Assembly: GCA_965222075.1 (NCBI GenBank)
Contig: OZ244937.1
Span: 1,984,001 to 2,048,000, forward strand
Reading direction: 5' to 3'
DNA length: 64,000 nt
DNA from: Candidatus Latescibacterota bacterium
Lineage (GTDB): Bacteria > Latescibacterota > UBA2968 > GCA-2709665
Numbering within the stretch: position 1 is the stretch's first letter; the number at the start of each line of letters is the position of its first letter. The position numbers were made by a program, and so were the translations under genes. Below the pieces are notes generated by a model. It made no database searches, was not told where the DNA came from, and was given only the letters and a program-made list of their open reading frames with translations. Positions 60,501-64,000 of the stretch are shown piece by piece.

Positions 60501-62978
60501 GAGGCCCGACACATCCACCGTCTCCTCACTCCCTCCCGGGTCCAGCGTCTGCGTGTCAACAGAACCGACCACCTCTATGGGCTTCACGAACAGACGCAGC
60601 GGATCGCCCACACCCGTCCGGATACCCTGATAGCCTTCCGGCGCCTCAGACACGGACGCCAGGCTTACCACGGTCGCGTTGTCCCCACGCTGCGTCACGG
60701 TGATGGGCGTGCTCCTGGTGCTGCCCGTTTCTATGGTGGCCTCGCTGTGCGACAGGCTACCGCCCGTGACGGACAGACGCACACTCATGTTGAACGGCGC
60801 ACCTTCGGAGAGGGTGACCCTCACCCTCCCCGGACCGGGTGCAAACACATCCGGCGTATCTGTCCGTTTCAGTGCCAGCATAAGCGGGAAGGGCGCCCCC
60901 GGGTTGCGGTCCAACCACAGCGATTGCAAGCTGGATAGCCCGGCGAATATACCCTCGGGCAGCGTGTGCAACTTATTCACATAAAGCAACAGGGTCTGAA
61001 GGTCGGACAGGTCGGAGAATACACCTTCGGGCAACACGGTCAAAGCATTGCCCCCCAGGTCCAGCCGTTGCAGGCTGGACAATTTGGAGAACACGCCGTC
61101 GGACAGGCTGCTCAGGGCATTGGCGCCAAGCTGGAGGTCTTGCAAGCTGTCCAGACCGGAGAAAATACCCTCGGGCAATGCGGTCAGACTGTTGCTGCCC
61201 AAACGCAGGACGCTCAGCCTGGACAGGCCGGCAAAATCACCCGCCTTCAAAGCCGTGATCTCCTGCCTCCTCAAATACAGGGTATCCGTAATCGCGCTCA
61301 GGTGCGCCTCTGTGACCAGCGCGCAGTCCGTGACCTCCGGAATCAGGGATAGGAGCGCATCGCGCACCTGTGGGGTGCGCCCGCAAATCCCCGGCGCGGT
61401 CAGCAGCACGGTTACGGCAATCTCCTGCGTCGCACTCCAGCGGCCGTCGTTGGCTGTGACGGTGATGGCTGCACGCCCCACAGCCACAGGGCGGATGGTC
61501 ACGATGGAATCCGACACACTCACCGTCGCAACCGCGTCATCGGACGATGCCGCGCCATACGTCAGCGTCCCCTCACCCGGATGGGTGAACGCGCTTGCCG
61601 CATTCACGCGAACGTCGCCATCGCCCAGGATCAGGGTCTGCGCAGGAATGACGCCCACGGGCACCGGCCCTCCCACAGGTGTGCCGGAAACAGAGGCTGA
61701 CCATGCACTGGTCCCCTCCTCGTTGAGTGTACGCACACGCACCTGATACACCTGGTCGTTGGTCAGCCCTGTAAGCGTGATACTCGTATCGGTGCGACTG
61801 CTCAGGGTCTGCCCGCCCTCCCATTCACCGCTGTCTCCAGGCAGGTGCGTCACCTCATACCCGCTCACCGGGGGCTTGCCCACTTCGTCGGACGCCGCAT
61901 CCCAGCGCACCGTCAATGCGCTGTCACCAGGCGTGACCACCACACCCGGGGGCGGCGCAGCAGGCGGCTCGTCCACATCGGTGACGGTGATGCCCACCAC
62001 AAGACTGGCACGGCCCCCCTCACCGTCACTGACGCGCACGATCACCGAGTAGCTGCTTTGCGCCTCAAAATCATACGCCCCCTGTGTCCGTATCTGCCCC
62101 GTGCCCGCGTCAATGGCAAAACTGTCCGCATCCGCGCCACGCAGACGGTACGCGAGGGTATTGCCATCCGCATCGGTGCCGGAGACGGGGGTGCCGATAT
62201 TTTGTCCCGCCGGAGTGTTCTCAGCGATGGAACGCGTCACCAGCGTCGAGGTGAACACCGGCACGCGGTTCACCGTATTGCCAAAGCTTCGGGCAAAGAT
62301 CTCAAAGTCGTCAAACCCGACCCCCCCATCGCTGTCCAGGTCGTACTTTCCCCCATACTTCTCATCACCCTCCCGATACCCGAACGCGCCTGCAAACAGC
62401 ACAAAGTCCGCAAAATCCACCAGCCCGCTCCCGTCGAAGTCCGGAGAAGGGGGCGCGGCGACCTGTAAGGCAACGCTGAGGGATAGCGTCACCGCCCCGG
62501 TTTGTTCACCCCGGCCCAGTTCAGCGCCCATCAGCCGAATCTCCGTCTCCAAAAACACATCCGTGGTGCGAAATCGCACCGTGCCGATCAGACCTGTATT
62601 CACCGTAGACCCACTCAGGGACGCGATGCCGACCCGAACAGTAGTCGAGTCCTGCTCTACAAGGACCTGCGCATCGGGCAACACATCGCCCGCATCAAAC
62701 CCCCCGTAAACAACCTGAGTCGAATCGTATTCAATGCGCGCGGAAAGACTGCTCGCACCTTGAATATCACTGCCAAAAATCTGAATGGAAACCACCTGGT
62801 CGGGAGACACGTCGAGAGAAGATACGCCCTGGTCGCCAGCGGCATCGTCCAGATCCAGCGCAAGCGAAAAACTGCTGGTCTGTGTGGATAGCGACCACGG
62901 GGAAATCAGGAGCGCCAGGCTCAGCACACTGACGATGACAAGCGCGAAGGGAAATACATAAGGTTTCACGCGATCCAA
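57513..62978 (-). CDS. giant secreted protein: cohesin-like, dockerin, cadherin/FN3, LRR, poly-Pro, C-terminal PEP/pyruvate-binding (dikinase ATP-grasp) module
   Basis: N-terminal hydrophobic segment; DFDGSGLVDFADF; LRR units LQxLxLxxNxL; C-terminal GVKAAN, VPDGFAIP, RSSTNNED, AGLYDS, EIEFK, KQARP; start may be GTG 62969. Confidence 0.88.
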   Translation of the reverse strand: MDRVKPYVFPFALVIVSVLSLALLISPWSLSTQTSSFSLALDLDDAAGDQGVSSLDVSPDQVVSIQIFGSDIQGASSLSARIEYDSTQVVYGGFDAGDVLPDAQVLVEQDSTTVRVGIASLSGSTVNTGLIGTVRFRTTDVFLETEIRLMGAELGRGEQTGAVTLSLSVALQVAAPPSPDFDGSGLVDFADFVLFAGAFGYREGDEKYGGKYDLDSDGGVGFDDFEIFARSFGNTVNRVPVFTSTLVTRSIAENTPAGQNIGTPVSGTDADGNTLAYRLRGADADSFAIDAGTGQIRTQGAYDFEAQSSYSVIVRVSDGEGGRASLVVGITVTDVDEPPAAPPPGVVVTPGDSALTVRWDAASDEVGKPPVSGYEVTHLPGDSGEWEGGQTLSSRTDTSITLTGLTNDQVYQVRVRTLNEEGTSAWSASVSGTPVGGPVPVGVIPAQTLILGDGDVRVNAASAFTHPGEGTLTYGAASSDDAVATVSVSDSIVTIRPVAVGRAAITVTANDGRWSATQEIAVTVLLTAPGICGRTPQVRDALLSLIPEVTDCALVTEAHLSAITDTLYLRRQEITALKAGDFAGLSRLSVLRLGSNSLTALPEGIFSGLDSLQDLQLGANALSSLSDGVFSKLSSLQRLDLGGNALTVLPEGVFSDLSDLQTLLLYVNKLHTLPEGIFAGLSSLQSLWLDRNPGAPFPLMLALKRTDTPDVFAPGPGRVRVTLSEGAPFNMSVRLSVTGGSLSHSEATIETGSTRSTPITVTQRGDNATVVSLASVSEAPEGYQGIRTGVGDPLRLFVKPIEVVGSVDTQTLDPGGSEETVDVSGLFRAEATLTYEVSSSKPNVASVSISGSVVRITSNRPGRATITITAIDAQGNRVETTFRVVVTSPPPPPPPPPPPPPPPRPPPPPPGPNQAPTFDEGPSATRTVAENTEANQNIQHPVRATDEDGHRLTYRLNGADADSFAINAGNGQLRTRSGVTYDYEATKNSYLVMVEADDRNGGTATIDVTIHVADVEEPPGRPSAPRVEAASSTSLTVTWTEPTNTGPDIEDYDVQYRAGSGSFLPWPHDAGTTTTITNLEVNTRYEVQVRATNDEGTGEWSSSGVGGICTEGADAPTPVEVEVTAVPIVVASTTDWYFVLYVRHDVDGATVETPVLVKRGEAGTTTLAENVAALPRERYRVEKYLVTDPADVDGDCIDDLTELDTVDMNPVNPAAAVEFTTGALAIPDLETFKAISFSGYYLKFVLLGMHTDSPRLYFMNTRTTLIHEEFLEAIGIELGQEGMIEGSLMRRGNLVAPDGSPGVYCYWWSYRQHPYSFSVVARAHTLLAASMPLLEDDLAFYISNDALVHSQSDLPLYRESRINLVFDDEFLDETSFLALNPGEGYGLLRVMDPDERPHPRDIVIYEALPNELPRVAGIISTVPQTALSHVNLRAVQDGIPNAFIRGALDKNDIDALIGSHVHYTVTGDGYSIRAATRAEVDAHYESSRPATTQTPQRDLEVTEITPLSEIGFDDWDAFGVKAANVAVLGTLGFPEGTVPDGFAIPFYFYDEFMKHNGFYTRIETMLADEAFQTDFEAQADSLKKLRKAIEDAETPDWIISAIETMNESFSAGINRRYRSSTNNEDLPGFNGAGLYDSKSQKPSEDEKDLAKSLKEVYASLWNFRAFVERDFHRIDHMAAAMGILVHPSYRDELANGVAVSFDPIYGGDGRYYVNTQVGEDLVTNPDAHSVPEEVLLNPPFLPPYIILGTSNQVPPGQLLMSRDQMRQLRERLEVIHEEFEELYDPAADEPFAMEIEFKITSDDVLAIKQARPWVFGTQVDE

Positions 62979-63361
62979 CCTGCCTGTGCGTGTTCGCTGT
63001 GTTGTGTCTCGTTAGAAACGGAAATATCTATATACAGGCAAAATACGTGCCAGATCTCAAAAATATGCCTAACCCATTGCTGTTGAACGAGTTAGGCAGA
63101 ATATATGAGCAGCGGAGAATTTTGGGAAATTGTCGCAAAATGCAACGCCCAAACCCCTCCGAAGAACAAGCCCATGTCTTTATAACTGACTGTTTATTAA
63201 TGTATTTATAGGAAAGTTGTAAGGCGGGAACGAAAGAATGTTGCAACTTGCAATGGGTGTTGCAACTTGCAACATTAAAGGTGGGTGGTACCGGGGAACC
63301 GTCGCTGAGGAGGGAGTCGTCGAGGCGTATCAGGTAAAAAGAGAGGTTTCACACGGCCCAA

Positions 63362-63433
63362 CCTGCCTGTGCGCCTGCCTGCGCCTGCCTGCGCCGGATG
63401 CTCGGCAGGCAGGCCGTTGGCACGGCAGACAGG
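63362..63433. repeat. nested palindromic elements (intergenic)
   Basis: 30-bp element 63384-63413 inside a 30-bp element (63374-63383 plus 63414-63433), preceded by an orphan arm 63362-63373. Confidence 0.85.
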
Positions 63434-63595
63434 TCGGGACAGTGGATGGGTTGGCGAACCCGGGTGGAAGGCGATTTGTTTGAGGAGTTAGAGGCGGGTG
63501 GTTGCGTTTACAACAGGTACTGACGTGGTGTAAGCCTGGCCTGATGTTTACCGCCAGGCCCGCGAGGAATATACCGCTCGCAGTGCGGCCGGCTT

Positions 63596-64000
63596 TCAAG
63601 CAGACGCTACGGGTGAACTGCGGGGCCGTGCCAGCACGGCGAAGGCGACCACGACCGGGAGCAGCACGATCGCGGCCGCCACGAATCCGGCGCGCAATGA
63701 CAATCCGAGCGCGATTGCGCCCAGGAGGGGTCCGCCGATCACCTGGCCGACGGCATCCATCTGCCCCCCGAAGGACAGGACCGTAGCCCGAACGCGCGAG
63801 GGCACAAAGCGGTTCTGCCAGGCGCTCAGCAGCGGGCCACTGGCGCGCCGTAACGGCCCTCGAGCCCAGAACATCGCCATGGCGAATGGAAACCCCGTCG
63901 CCAGGCCAAAGGCCACCAGGCTGCCGACATAGAGGCCCTGCAGGACCACCAGCACGCCGGCCACGGCCCGGTCGCTGGATGTATTCACGGTCCGCCTGAC
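63596..64000 (-). CDS. MFS transporter, C-terminal part (start outside the window)
   Basis: Hydrophobic helices; VPSRVRATVLSFGGQMDAVGQVIGGP. Confidence 0.75.
   Translation of the reverse strand, partial: VRRTVNTSSDRAVAGVLVVLQGLYVGSLVAFGLATGFPFAMAMFWARGPLRRASGPLLSAWQNRFVPSRVRATVLSFGGQMDAVGQVIGGPLLGAIALGLSLRAGFVAAAIVLLPVVVAFAVLARPRSSPVASA

Noticed and set aside
54000-62900. Diversity-generating retroelement TR/VR pair suggested by near-identical long repeats
   Set aside because: No reverse transcriptase; repeats are kb-scale paralogous genes and the differences I inspected are not adenine-specific (not tested exhaustively)

Overview
GC-rich bacterial chromosomal window. The gene content (cohesin/dockerin/cadherin/FN3/LRR giant proteins, PhyH dioxygenases, sulfatase) resembles sponge-associated Latescibacterota-like genomes; this is an inference only. 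Housekeeping and metabolic genes: glxBCD/mgs-type glutamate synthase, rhamnulokinase, a PHP(EndoQ-like)-UvrD fusion, tilS-ftsH-folP-purM-holA-trxA, a galU-like gene with a GHMP kinase, transporters and a B12 radical SAM enzyme. Most notable observations: (1) a family of 27-45 bp CCTGCCTGC...GCAGGCAGG palindromic elements inserted in frame into protein genes and into each other, demonstrable from a paralog in this window; (2) a TlpA / Cys-motif outer-membrane barrel / UxxC selenoprotein operon, where the ORF track splits the selenoprotein at its TGA; (3) a tandem PhyH pair in which one copy has HxG in place of HxD, the Fe/2OG halogenase signature; (4) tandem giant secreted cohesin-dockerin scaffolds with near-identical N-termini and different catalytic C-termini (M8-like protease versus a PEP-synthase/dikinase-like module). 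Several decayed IS, toxin-antitoxin, methyltransferase and group II intron remnants are also present. No rRNA, tRNA or CRISPR array was seen.
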